Below, piece by piece: positions 1 to 26,952 of a DNA stretch of 64,000 bases. The notes under the pieces were generated by a model. It saw nothing but the letters and a program-made list of their open reading frames with translations. It had not been told where the DNA came from and ran no database searches. Position numbers and translations under genes: made by a program. Positions within the stretch are counted from its first letter, which is position 1. Every line of letters begins with the position of its first letter. Source of the DNA: the human T2T-CHM13v2.0 reference genome, Homo sapiens. Where the stretch lies: the NCBI RefSeq assembly GCF_009914755.1, contig NC_060940.1, one strand, 5' to 3'.

Positions 1-979
1 GTGGAGTGAGAATCCTCCAGGGGGAAAGTCGTAGCTTAGCCAGTACCCAGCTGCTGCACGTAACATGATGTCTCATAACAACCTTGGAATTTGTGGGGTG
101 GGGAGTGGAAGAAGGGATTTCTGTAGCTTGAGATGAGATTGGATTACTAAAATGATATCAGATGATATGAGAACAAATTACTTAAACCATGATATTAAAA
201 TCTATTGAGGCTTGCTTTAAAAATGAAATGAGAGACACATAATCCTAGGTTTAGCCTTAAACATTAGTACTAAATGCACTAATTAGTACTAAATGCACAA
301 ATATGTCCTCCATAAACCGGCAGATGATTTCCAGGAAACAAGAAGGATGCTTTATTTTAGCATGTTCAGATAGCAGCCTTACCGTGGCTTCACGGTTATT
401 TCAGAGAACTGTATCATTGACCCCGTCTAGTCTCCTGACCTGTCCCCTGCACTAGTCTAAGTTCAGTGCTGGGACCATCCCAGACCTAGAGTTCTCCCTG
501 CCGTTAAGCAGACTGGACCTTGAGCTCACCTTGAGAACCTCAGATATATTTTATTTTTGAGACAAGGGTCTCTGTTGCCCAGGCTGGGGCTCACCACAGC
601 CTCGATCTCCCAGTCTCAAGCAATCCTCCCACCTCAGCCTTCTGAGTATCTGGGACTCCAGGCACGTGCCACCATGCCTGGGTTATTATTTTTTTACTTT
701 TAGTAGAGATGAGGTCTTGCTATGTTGCCCAGGCTGATCTTGAACTCCTAAGCTCAAGTGATCCTCCTGCATTGGCCTCCCAAAGTACTGAGATTACAGG
801 CATGAGCCACCATGCCCAACCTCAGATATCTTTTAACTGGAGGGGAAGAACAGGAGGGGCTTAGAATCAAAGTAAATCTCAAAACTAAAACTCCTAGGGT
901 TTCTGTTAACTTTTGGAACTACTGAGAACAGTGTTTAATTTCCCAGGTAAGTTTGAGGAAGAACGCCCAGCAGCCTCTT

Positions 980-1590
980 TTATCCAAATGGACAATTGGT
1001 AACAAAAGATGGGAGTTCATAAAGGATTTTCCAAATATTTGTTGAGTCATGCCACTGAAGCATTTACTCCAGCATTTCCTGGTCACTCCTCCCTGTCATG
1101 TGTGATGAAGGCTGCCCTGTTACTCTTCTCTTGGAGGTTTTCTAGTGCATAAATAACTTGCTGAAGCTCTCCCCACATTCTCTGTGGACTGAATTCTCTC
1201 CTATGTAGACTCTCTGAAGTCCCCTCAAGTGGGAAACAAAGTTTTGCCCATACTTCACGTTTCTACTGTTTGTCCCAGTAGAAATCCACCCAAACAAAAA
1301 GCATACTTTTGTTTCTGAATCTTTTCTACACCTGTCACTTTTTCTTGTGTGGGTTCACTGGGGACCGAGATGAGGGCACTGTTTGAAACATCAACCAAAT
1401 TTGCTACATGCCTAGGTTTCCTTCATGTATTAATCCTCCACTGGGCAATGGTAGTTGGGCTGTACTGAAATGCCTTCTTCAGTCGAGCGTCTGTAAGGCT
1501 TTTCTCCTGTACGATTCACCCAAATCTGATAATGTGTGTACTTTGCCTAAAGCAGTTCGCCTAGTCTGAATCCCTCCTGTGAAAGGAATT
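980..1590 (-). pseudogene. Highly degenerate C2H2 zinc-finger array (relic terminal exon of a dead ZNF gene)
   Basis: Minus-strand reading gives an exact TGEKPY linker (1493-1510), FRQSTHIIR just upstream (about 1520-1550), QRVYIGE (about 1197-1217), ECGESFS (about 1160-1180) and GKSFMNSHL (about 1006-1033), broken by stops and frameshifts. Confidence 0.75.
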
Positions 1591-1778
1591 AAGCAAGCTA
1601 CCTTTTGCATTGCATTTCAGATTTAAGAAAACTATCTGAATCACTTTTCATTTCTGCCACAGTTCAGATAATGAATCTTGAGTTGCACCAATCTTAGCGC
1701 TGACATTAAAAATCAAGCTTTACAGTGTTTGGATATGATGCACCTTTTAGGAGAAACTAAGAAAGCTTACTGTTGAAA

Positions 1779-3004
1779 TTTTTTTTTTTGACAAGTTAAC
1801 ATTTATTTTTGGGCCTTTCTTCCTATGTGTATTTCAAGTCTTTTTCAAAACAAGGACCCAGGAATCTCCAGATTCAATTATGTCCCTGGGCTTGGTCGAC
1901 TGCTCCCGGAGTCTTAGGAAGCCTTGTACAAATGCTAGAGTTACTCATTCACCAACATTAAACCCTAGGATAGAAGATTCAACAAAGCAGGACTACTTCC
2001 GCCGACAAGGAGGCAGCCAATGTAGAAAATGCTGGAATTTTTCCTTGGAACTGGACTGTGATGAGAGGTACTTGCCATGAACCTAAGCTACTGTCTTTTT
2101 TTTTAACCCTTCCTTTCCAGTTTTTGAAGATAAAGCAGGAAATAGTCTTTGAAGATACTTGATAAAAAAAATCTCAAAAAAACAAAAACACATGCTTCCA
2201 CTTCATTGATAAAAATTTACTGCAGTTTGGCACCTGGGTCTAGTTCAGCTGGCAGATGAGCTGATTGATGCATTCACCCCAATAGCCAGATGTGCCCATC
2301 TCCTTGAGGAAGCCCACTGTATTTTTGGTAGCATGATGGACCACTGAGAGGTGGAAAGGGCAAAAGAACCATGAGATCTCCTGGAAATGCTTCACTGGGA
2401 GGCAATTTCATGAATGAGGTCTTCCAAGCAAATGACACCAAACTTCCCCAGGTGCTCCTCAATCACTGTGTTGTCTGTCAGAGGGATGGTGTTCTTATTG
2501 ACCTTGGCTTGTCCATGTTTCAGAATGAATTCCCGGACAGACTTCAGATTTGGAAATCCCCAGATCACATAAGGTTCCACTATACGCAGCATTTTTAGGT
2601 TCTGGGGGGTGACTTTTACAAAGACACCACTAAAAATTTTCTTAAGATGAAGTCTTGCAATGGCTGTCTGCACCAGTAGACTCACGCCAACAATCCTTTT
2701 GCTGCATACAACAAAGGCCAAGGAATGTTTATCTGGCAATTCCAAGGCACGAGGTTTCATTTCTAGTCATCTGAGACACACCTTGTCACATTTCTGCCAC
2801 CAGGAATTATGTAGGAATGATTCCAGTCCCTTAAACCTGAGCCCTTTTCCTTTCCGCTGCTCCTTCTTTGCCAAAAGTGCCTGCTTTGTCTGAGTGGCTT
2901 TGAGGACTTGATAAGCCTTCCTCTTTTTCAGGAGATTTTCTGGAACCAAAGGGATTTTTCTTTGCTTTTGCTCTGCCATCTTTCTAGTGTTGTAGCTGCT
3001 GATC
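1779..3004 (-). pseudogene. Processed pseudogene of RPL7L1 (60S ribosomal protein L7-like 1)
   Basis: ORFs 2767-2979 ([24 protein letters not shown]) and 2392-2760 ([46 protein letters not shown]) match RPL7L1. Intronless, premature TGA at 2767, frameshift near 2400, 3'UTR with AATAAA (1802-1807), poly(A) at 1779-1789, TSD CTTACTGTTGAA at 1766-1777 and 3005-3016. Confidence 0.93.
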
Positions 3005-3869
3005 CTTACTGTTGAATTTTTAAAACCAATAGGTATACTTCCAACATAATTTTCACACTAAGCATTTGCCCATGATTTGTACAATCAACTGAATGATTTC
3101 AAAGCATTTGAAACAATCAAAAAGTAAAAGATCTTTACTGTTCACAAAGACAAAATTAAATATTTGTAGCATTAGAAAAATTCCTAAAATATTTAGTAGC
3201 ATAGGGAACAACAGCTTGTTACACAGAAGAGTTAGGAAAAAAAATTTTTTATTTTATTTTTTGGAGACAGAGCCTCACTCTATCCCCCAGGCTGGAGTGC
3301 AGTTGCCCGGTCTCGGCTCACTGCAACCTCCTCCCCAGTTCAAGCAATTCTCGGGCCTCATGCTTCCCAAGTAGCTGGCACCACAGGTGTGCACCACCAC
3401 ACCTGGCTAATTTTTTGTGTTTTAATAGAGATAGGGTTTCAACGTGTTTCCCAGGCTGGTCTCGAACTCCTGAGCTCAGGCAATTCACCTGCATAGCAGA
3501 GTTAATAGATGGGCAAAGGCCATTGAGTTGAAGAAAGCACATTATGATGCATCAGCCTCATGTTCTGGGACCAAATCAAAGTACTCACTCTACTGAATTG
3601 ACCAAGCAACCATGAGAAAAATATCTAACTAAACTGCTCAGTGTTGTAATGGATTTCTCTCTACGTATGTTTGTTTTATAAATATGTTAGAGATGGGAGT
3701 CTTGATATGTTGCCCAGGCTGGCCTCGAACTCCTGGACTCAAGTGATCCTCCTGCCTAAACCTCCCCAAATCTGGGACTGCAGGTGCATGCCATCACACC
3801 TAGCTCCTACACACACACACACGTATATATATGTACATACATACATATACATACTTACATATACATATA

Positions 3870-4721
<852 letters not shown>

Positions 4722-5005
4722 TATTAATACATATGTGAATAAACTCTATGGATACCTATATCTCATATAGGTAGATATCTTAAGTGTATATATTTTTAAA
4801 TATTAAGATGTTTTTCACTATGTTTTTGCTTTGTTGGTGTAAAAGGGAAAAAATGTAAAAATATAAAATATTTCTCAAATTGCCATGCTAAATGAGGCAT
4901 GTAGGTGCCTGATGTGAGTATTAGTGATGGAGATTATCTCCAAAGCATGGAGGTATTATACTGCAAGAGTGCTCAAGTGCATTCTTTTTTTTTTTTTTTT
5001 TTTAG

Positions 5006-5203
<198 letters not shown>

Positions 5204-5577
5204 TAAACTCCAGACCTCGTGATTGGCCCGCCTCGCCCTCCCAAAGTGCTGGGATTACAGGCGTGAGCCACCGTGCCTGGCTCAAGTGCATTCTTATGAT
5301 GACAGCCTGGGACGCCGAGAACAAACCCAGCACTCACCCTACACCAGGCAAAATGATGTCTTTCTTTCGGAAGTAAATACACTCTCCAAAATGAAGCACA
5401 TTACCCTCTCAAAACCATTCCCATCCACACCAGACACTGCCTTAAGGAAATCTTCCACTTCTACAGACCATCCAGGTCCCTGATCTCTGACCACAGATTC
5501 ACACCTCTATTGCAGTTTTAGAAGATATGGTTCAGTGCCCTCTGTTCTATTCAACTAGAAGCTTTACACTTGGGGAG

Positions 5578-6100
5578 TGTAGCAGACATTTGTTGACTGC
5601 CTCCTAACATCCGTTTCACCCTTTTTCCTCTCTGTCAATCCTGATTCCATTTGGAGATCTGAGAGGTTCCTGATCCTGGTTTCCAGGAATGGAGAATGTG
5701 ACCCAACCTCAGTAAGAGAAAGATTCTACCTCCTTGGTTAGACAATGGCTCAGGGTTAGGCATATGGCCTTAAGCTGGTCCTATTGGGACTTTTCTTGGA
5801 GATGCTAGAACAAATCCAGCTCTTGCTGGATGACGCATGTAACCCAGTAGCTGTTCACAATCTTCTTGAAACTGGGAGATAGATGAGCCTTAGGATGAAA
5901 TCAGCATCATAGAAAGCAGAATAGAGTGATAGAAATTCAGTCCTTGGTAACATCATTGAGCTGTAGGATCAAGCATCACCTCATACCTAGAACTGCCCAG
6001 TACTTTTCAGCTACGTGAATCTATACATTCCCTTTATTGTTTAAGCCAATGTGAATTGGGGTTTCTGTTCATTGTAACCGAAATAATTCTAATAAATACA
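5578..6100 (+). mobile_element. MLT1-type MaLR solo LTR
   Basis: TG...CA ends and a typical MLT1 3' end (TTCCCTTTATTGTTTAAGCCA..TGGGGTTTCTGTT..CTAATAAATACA). Confidence 0.65.
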
Positions 6101-8222
6101 TAGAGTAATAACTGATTTAAAATAATATATATAGGAAATGGACAATCCTTTTATATGTACCCACTTAGAGGTTTTTCTTATGGAAGTTATCAAACATATA
6201 TATAATTATAAAGAGAATAGTATAATGAACCCCCTCAAGGCCTTAAAAATCACCAACATTTTGCCAATCTTGTTTCATTTATCCCCTCCAGTTTTTTTAT
6301 TTTTTGCATTTAGAGGGTTGTTGGTTTACTTTGGAGTATTTTAAAGTAAATCTCAGACATTCTAACATTTCACCCTTAAATAGTTCAGTTTGTAAGAGAT
6401 AATTCTTGACAATCTCTGCCCTAAACCATCTTTGGGGAACAGTTCCTACTCAGTGGAGGACCTCTGTCCCATAGGAGCAAAGCTCATTGAGAACACAGGA
6501 GCTGCCTTTCCCTTCCCCAGAGGGTGACCAAAAAACTTTACTGGCAACTTCTCAAGATGGCTTTGTAAGAAGACCCTCTTGACCTCCTCCCTGGAGTATC
6601 CATTTATGAGAACACCAGGCATCCCAGATGCCTCGTAATGAGAGTGGTCCGGAAGGGATACTAGATGCCCGTGATGATCCCTGGAGCAAGTTATTACTAA
6701 CTTGAAACTAAGTAATCTACTCCTGCACTTTTAACAAGCCTCAGAGTGCTTCATTCATTAAGAGTTCAGTGGCATCGGTTAATTAGTGGTTTCCTGAAAG
6801 CCTACTGAACAAAAAACTAATAATAATTACACCAGGCATCTCCCCAGGAGTTCAAAGTGCCCTCAGAAGAGTTTCTCATTTACTCACTTGCATTGGCTTT
6901 AATTTTTTTTTTCTTGAAACAATGTGTAAATAAATATTCAAAGCATTAAAATTTCATTATAGTTCACCTCCCTCTTAGTAAACCTGCTTGATTTTATTTT
7001 GTTTTAATTAGCATTTGACCATCCCATTTGGGTAACTTCTAAGAAGAAAAATGAACCTCAAAATTTAATATCCCTATTCTACTTTCTTCCTCATTTGTTA
7101 TCATGCTTCCTTGTAATGAGGAATTTTCTCTCCTTTACCCTGGTTAGTGTTCCTTCCTTACCTTGATCCTCTGTCTGGAGTTTTTCTAAAGTAGTTACTC
7201 TATGCTTTAACACCCAGTGTCCTGATAGTCAAGAAGTGTGCTACAAACTGCTGTGAAAGATCCTTTATGGCCAGTTAATACTTGCCATAATTTATCAGTG
7301 TGGTCTTATAAAAACATACTTAGCCAAACAAGAGTTCTTTGCAACCAGAATTCCTCGTGCCATAAGCTACTGTTTATTACCTTCTGCAAGTCTCAAATCA
7401 ACACTTAAATTAACCTGCTGACAAAAATTCATTCTGTTCTTATCTCTGCCTAAGGATTACTCCGCCTAAGTTTACTCCCTAAAACTTTTTGAGAATTATG
7501 TACGCTGTGTGCTCATTCATTCATTCAACATTGGGAAGATATTTATTGGTCACTTTTTATGTATCAGCCTGTCAAAACTGTGAGACAGGAAAAACAACCA
7601 AAAACCTAGCACCTGTCTCCTGGGAGGACAATGTAAGCTTGGATAGGTAGCCAGACTAGGATGGAGAGCAGAAAATAACTGGTGTAGGAAATTGGCTCCC
7701 CTTTGGGGTTCTGTGCTCACCCTCCCTCTCCTTATCCCAACAACTCTCTTGAAAAGAACATACCCAAATCAGAAGCATACCACGTTAACTGAAGGCAGGG
7801 TCCCTGGTGGAGCAATGACAAACAGGGTTGACAAATAGGAAGAGTTCAAGCCCAGAGAGTGTTGCCAGAAGTACTATGCTCTGAGGGTGTTGCCCCACGC
7901 CCTGTCTAAACTTGCCTGGTGGAGAACAGCCAGGGCCTGACCTTTGGTCTTTCCTTCACTTACTTTATCACCAAGGTAGCTGATGTGCACAGGGAATAGT
8001 AAACACAACACATGAAATAAAACAGTTGGGTGGACTAGGAAAATTAATTAATTAATTAATTAATTTGAAGCAGGGTCTCACTTTGTCACCCAGGCAGGAG
8101 TACAATGGCATGATCTTGGCTCACTGACGGAGCCAAAGGATACAGTCAAATAAGGAATCAGTAAGCAGAAAGATCAGAAAGAGGAACACCTCTAGAAGGC
8201 ATCAGGAAGGGATGGGAGGGAA

Positions 8223-8223
<1 letters not shown>

Positions 8224-8268
<45 letters not shown>
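8224..8268. repeat. (CA)n microsatellite
   Basis: About 22 CA units. Confidence 0.95.
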
Positions 8269-8269
<1 letters not shown>

Positions 8270-8501
8270 CTTAGCTATGGAGCGGGAAGAAGAAATGGAA
8301 ACATTCTGCCTGCATTTGTGTGAGAAGGAGTATCAGAAGGAGAGAAAAATAAACAATAATTAATATAGAAAATATCTGAAGAATGACCAAGAATGTCCCA
8401 GGATTAAAGACAAAAGAACACCACGAAAAGAGTTTATAGGATAGATAAGAATAAAGGCCAAAAAGGGGGAAAAACATGCATACCTAGAAACATTACAGTA
8501 A

Positions 8502-9469
<968 letters not shown>

Positions 9470-9629
9470 GATTTTAAGACTTTTTCTAAAGCTACATTAA
9501 TCAAAACAGTGTGCTATTTGTAAAGGGATAGACACATAGATCAATGGAACAGAATGGAGAGTCCAGAAATAGACCCGCATAGATAAAGCCAAAGAGTTTT
9601 ACATAGGTAACTTTTTTTTGCCTTGTGAA

Positions 9630-17840
<8,211 letters not shown>

Positions 17841-17904
17841 TGATCCGCCCGCCTCGGCCTCCCAAAGTGCTGGGATTACGGGCTTGAGCCACCGCGCCCG
17901 GCCT

Positions 17905-20560
<2,656 letters not shown>

Positions 20561-20614
20561 TGGTTTCCTTCTTTTCTTCCTGAATTCAGTCAGAAAACAT
20601 TAAAACTTCTGATC

Positions 20615-20990
20615 AACCAGCTATAAATTGAAGATTTTCACAACCCCCTCCTAAGATTCAATCATTTTCTAGAATGGCTCACAAAATTCTAGTTTATTGT
20701 AAAAGATATTATGAAGGATACAGATGATAGCCAGATTAAGAGGTATATAGGGTAAGGTCTGCAAAGTTCCTGAGTATGAGCTCTGTCACTGTGGAGTTGT
20801 GGTGTGCCATCTTCCTGGCACATGGATGTGTTCACCAACCCCATATTTTAGGGATTGTTAGGGAGGCTTCATGATGTAGGCGCGATTGATTATTAGCTCC
20901 GTATTCAGCTCCTCTCTCCTCCATGGAGAATGGGGCTGGGGCTGAAAGTTCCAAGCTTCAAAGCATGTCTTGGTCTTTCTTTCCATGAAA
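20615..20990. mobile_element. MER21-family ERV LTR fragment
   Basis: ACAACCCCCTCC..AGGATACAGATGA..AGCCAGAT..GGAGGCTTCAT..GGGGCTGAAAGTTCCAA resemble the MER21 consensus. Confidence 0.65.
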
Positions 20991-21140
20991 CCCAACAAGA
21001 GTACACTTGGGCATTTATCCTAGAGGAATAAAAGCTTATATTCACACAAAAATCTGTACATCAATGTTCATAACAGCCATATTTACAATAGCCAAAAGTG
21101 GAAATATACCAGATGTCCTTCTATGGATCAGTATTGAAAC

Positions 21141-21624
21141 AAACCCCATCTCTACTAAAAATACAAAATTTAGCTAGGCGTGGTGGCACACGTCTGTAGT
21201 CCCAGCTGCCTGGGAGGCTGAGGAGGGAGAATCACTTGAACTCAGGGGGCAGAAGTTGCTGTGAGCTAAGATCATGCCACTGCACTCCAGCCTGGGCAAC
21301 AGAGCGAGACCCTGCCTCAAAAAATAAAATAAAACCCTAAAAGCACAAACCAACATTAAGACAGAAAATGTACTAAATAGATTATGTCAATATTAAGGAT
21401 TTCTGTTCAAAAAAGGTCAACATAGACCAAATTAGGGGGAAATATTTGTGATGTCTGTAACTGCCAAAGTTTATCTCGACTGGCCTAAGAACTATTGCAA
21501 ATGGGCCGGGTGCAATGGCTCACACTTGTAATCCCAGCACTTTGGGAGGCCAATGTGGGTGGATCACTTGAGGTCAGGAGTTCGAGACCAGTCAGGCCAA
21601 CATGGCAAAACCCCATCTCTGCTT
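21141..21624 (+). repeat. 484-bp local duplicate of 22642-23125 (Alu right arm + non-Alu spacer + Alu left arm)
   Basis: Near-identical spacer (AAAACCCTAAAAGCACAAACCAACATTAAGACAGAAAAT...ATCTCGACTGGC) and shared private Alu variants at a 1501-bp offset. Confidence 0.92.
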
Positions 21625-21799
21625 ATCTATCTATACCATGGAATAATACTGAACAATAAAAACGAGGCCGGGCGCAGTGACTCACGCCCGTAATGCTAGC
21701 ACTTTGAGAGGCTGAGGTGGGTGGATCATGAGGTCGGGAGTTCGAGATCAGCCTGGCCAACATGGTGAAACCCTGTCTCTACTAAAAATTCAAAAATTA

Positions 21800-21907
<108 letters not shown>

Positions 21908-22600
21908 CTAGACTGGGCAACAAAGCAAGACACTGTCTCAAAAAACAAAAACGAAAACAAAAACATGAATGAACTATTTATACATGAAAGAAGTCAGATG
22001 GATCTCCAGTGAATTATGCTGAGTGATAATAGCCAATCCAAGAAGGTTACACACTGTGCAGCTTTATTTACATTAATTTTTGAAATGACAAAATTTTACA
22101 AATGACAAATAAAATAGATGAATGGTATCAACATTAATGTGAGGGCAGGAGGTAGGTGGGTGTGGTTATAAAAGGGCAAACTGAGTGGTCTTTATGTTGA
22201 TAAAATTTTTCTTTATCTTGCTGTAGTGGCAGATACACAGACCTACACATGTGATAAAATTATAAAGAAATAAATATACCTATGCACATACACACACAAA
22301 TCAGCACAAGTACAACAAAGGAAATCTTCAGCTAACTTTTGTATTTTTTTGTAGAGACAGTCTTTCTGTGTTGCCCAGGCTGGTCTTGAACTCCTGGGCT
22401 CAAGCGATCCTTTTGCCTCCCAAAGTGCTGTGATTACAGGCATGAGCCACCGTGTCTAGCCTCTGTATTATTTCTTACAACTTTACGTGGACATACATTT
22501 ACCTCAATACATTTTTCATTTAAAATTGGCCAAAATTGGCCGGGCGCGGTGGCTCACGCCTGTGATCCTAACACTTTGGGAGGCTGAGGCGGGCAGATCA

Positions 22601-22837
<237 letters not shown>

Positions 22838-22988
22838 CTAAAAGCACAAACCAACATTAAGACAGAAAATTTACTAAATAGATTATATCAATATTAAGGA
22901 TTTCTGTTCAATAAAGGTCAGCATAGACCAAATTAGGGGGAAATATTTCTAATTTCTATAACTGGCAAAGTTTATCTCGACTGGCTTA

Positions 22989-23123
<135 letters not shown>

Positions 23124-23607
23124 TTAAAATACAAAAACATTAGTCGAGTGTGGTGGCGTGCACCTGTAATTCCAGCTACTTGGTAGGCCGAGGCACGAGA
23201 ATCACTTGAACCCAGGAGGTGGAGGTTTCAGTGAGCCGAGATCGCACCACTGCACTCCAGCCTGGGTGACAAGAGTGAGACTCCATTTAAAAAAAACAAA
23301 ACAAAACAGAACTATTATAAATAAACAAGAAAAACAGAAAAATGAAGAGAAAAGTAAGCAGAGGATATGAATGGGCAATTTACAGAAGGAGAAATAAAAA
23401 TAGCTAACATATTTATTTTACAATGTCCAACCTCATTAGTAATCAGAGAAATGCAAATAAACTTGAGATAACATTTTATGCTCATCAGATTGGCATACAT
23501 TAGAAAATTTGATGGCCGGGCACGGTGGCTCACGCCCGTAATCCCAGCACTTTGGGAGGCCGAGGCGGGTGGATCACGAGGTCAGGAGATCGAGACCATC
23601 CTGGCTA

Positions 23608-23860
<253 letters not shown>

Positions 23861-24332
23861 CTATAGCTGGTGGGAATTGTAGACTGCTACAACCCCTTTG
23901 GGACAGTCTGTTGGTGCATCTGGGTATATCTCTATTATTCAGCATTGTCAATTATCCGTTATGGACTCCCCTTTATGGACCAGGATGAGAGTCTATCACA
24001 TATATGTATGTGTGTATATATATATGTATAAATATACATATATAAATATGCTCATTACAGCATTGTTGTCATTGTAGGAAATTAAAGACAAGCTATATGT
24101 TCATCCCTAGTGTAATGGACAAATAAAATATGATAGATGCATATCAATCATTAGAAACATGAAACTAAACATACACACAACAACCTGGACGTACCTTTGA
24201 ACACATAAGTGAAAACATTGTGGAGGAAAAAGTGAATTAAAAAGTAAGAAATAGGCCGGGCGCGGTGGTTCATGCCTGTAATCCCAGCACTTTGGGAGGC
24301 CGAGGTGGGCAGATCATGAGGTCGGCAGATCA

Positions 24333-24590
<258 letters not shown>

Positions 24591-24759
24591 CTATATGTTT
24601 TACAAGGATACACATACACATGGTATATATACACACACACATATATTTGTTTGGATGCACATATATGTATCATTCATGTACATATCCAAAGAATTACATA
24701 TCAAACACATCAATAGAGTAGGTGCCTATGAGGGAGTAGAGAGAAATAAGCATGGGGAT

Positions 24760-24940
24760 TCTTTCCCTTTCCTTCCTTCCCTCCCTCCCTTCTTCCCTTC
24801 CTCTCTTTCTTCCTCTCTCTCGTTCTCTCTTTCTCTCCCTCTTTCTTTTTTCTTTCTCTCTTTCTCTTTTCTCTCCTTCCTTCCTTCCTTCCTTCCCTCC
24901 TTCCTTCCTCCCTCCCTCCCTCCCTCCCTCTCTCTTTCGC
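24760..24940. repeat. Polypyrimidine (CCTT/CT) low-complexity tract at an Alu tail
   Basis: About 180 nt almost entirely C/T. Confidence 0.9.
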
Positions 24941-25664
24941 TTTCAGACTGGAGTGCAGTTGTGTGACCATGGCTCACTGTAGCCTCGAGCTCCTGGGCTC
25001 AAGTGATCCTCCTGCCTCAGCATCCCATGTAGCTGGGACTATAGGTGTGCACCACCACGTCTAACTAATTTTTAAAATTTTCTGTAGAGACAAGATCTCA
25101 CTATGTTGCCCAGGCTGGTCTTGAACTCCTGACTCAAGTAGTCCTCCTGCCTTGGCCTCCCAAAGTGCTCGGATTGCAGGCCTGAGCCACTGTGCTCAGC
25201 CTGATTTTTCTTCATAACATTTACCATCACTTGATATATTATAGACTTTGCTTTGCTGTGTGTGTGTGTGTGTATGTTCTGACTCTTTACAATCAGATTG
25301 CAAACTCCCTGAGGGCATGGACTATATCCCAAGTGACTAAGACATGACTAGGAATGTAGGGGTTACTGAGAAAATGATTGTTGAATGAATAAATAAATAG
25401 GAAAAGGTAACCAACCTTAAAGGCAAAGTACAAAGTCTAGAGGATCTCAGAGGAGATGCAAGTACGTCCAGCTGGACTCTGAGGTTGGCTTGAAAGTCAG
25501 TCCAGTCTGCCATTAACCAGACCTATGGTCCCCTTGAGTGGGCCACCCAGTGTTCCAGCAACCTCAACTGGAAACAAACAAACAAAAAAACCTAGATGAT
25601 ATCTGAGGGTTCCGTCTTGCTCTGAATTTTAAAAAATGTTTAACTTAAACTCTTTGTCACTTAA

Positions 25665-25880
<216 letters not shown>

Positions 25881-26211
25881 TAAGTAGAGACAAGGTTTCA
25901 TCATGTTGGCCAGGCTAGTCTCGAACTCTTGGCCTCAAGTGATCTGCCCACCTCAGGCTCCCAAAGTGCTGGGATTACAGGTGTAAGCCACCACCCCTGG
26001 CCTCCTTTATAATTTAAAAAATGTAAAAGGTGAGGCCAGTCGCGGTGGCTCACACCTGTAATCCCAGCAGTTTGGGAGGCTGAGGTGGGCAGATCATTTG
26101 AGGCCAGGAGTTCAAGACCAGCCTGGCCAACATGATGAAACCTCATCTCTACTAAAGAAGTACAAAAATTAGCTGGGCGCGGTGGTGCGTGCCTGTAGTC
26201 CCAGCTCCTCA

Positions 26212-26415
<204 letters not shown>

Positions 26416-26819
26416 CTAGGATTGCACCACTGCACTCCAGCCTAGGTGATAGAGCCAGACCCTGTCTCTAATTAAATTAAACTAATTAAATTATCAAGGT
26501 AATGCAGGTTTACTGTGAGATATTCAAACAACACACATACTTTTTTTTTTTTTGAGACGGAGTTTTGCTCTGTTGCCCAGGCTGGAGTGCAGTGTCCCCT
26601 CCTCCGTCCACACCTCCACTCCTCATATCAACTGCTTGCTTTTTTCTTTCCTTCCAGAGATTCCTGTTTGCAGACAAACAAATATGTACATATATGTTGT
26701 TTTTCTCAGAAAATGAGATCATACGATGTGCATTGCTCTGCAACTGGCTTTTATCACTTAGCAATATGCCTAGGATGTTCTTCCATGTGAGAACCTGCAA
26801 ATCTAGCCCTTAAAGGAGT

Positions 26820-26952
26820 ACACACACACGCACACATATGAACACACATGCACACACGCACACACACATGCACACACGCACGTGCACACACGAACACACA
26901 TGCACACACACACATGTGCACGCACACACGCACACGCACACATGCACACACC
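26820..26952. repeat. Compound (CA/CG/TG) alternating purine-pyrimidine repeat
   Basis: CACACACACGCACACATATGAACACACATGCACACACGC... over about 130 nt. Confidence 0.9.
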
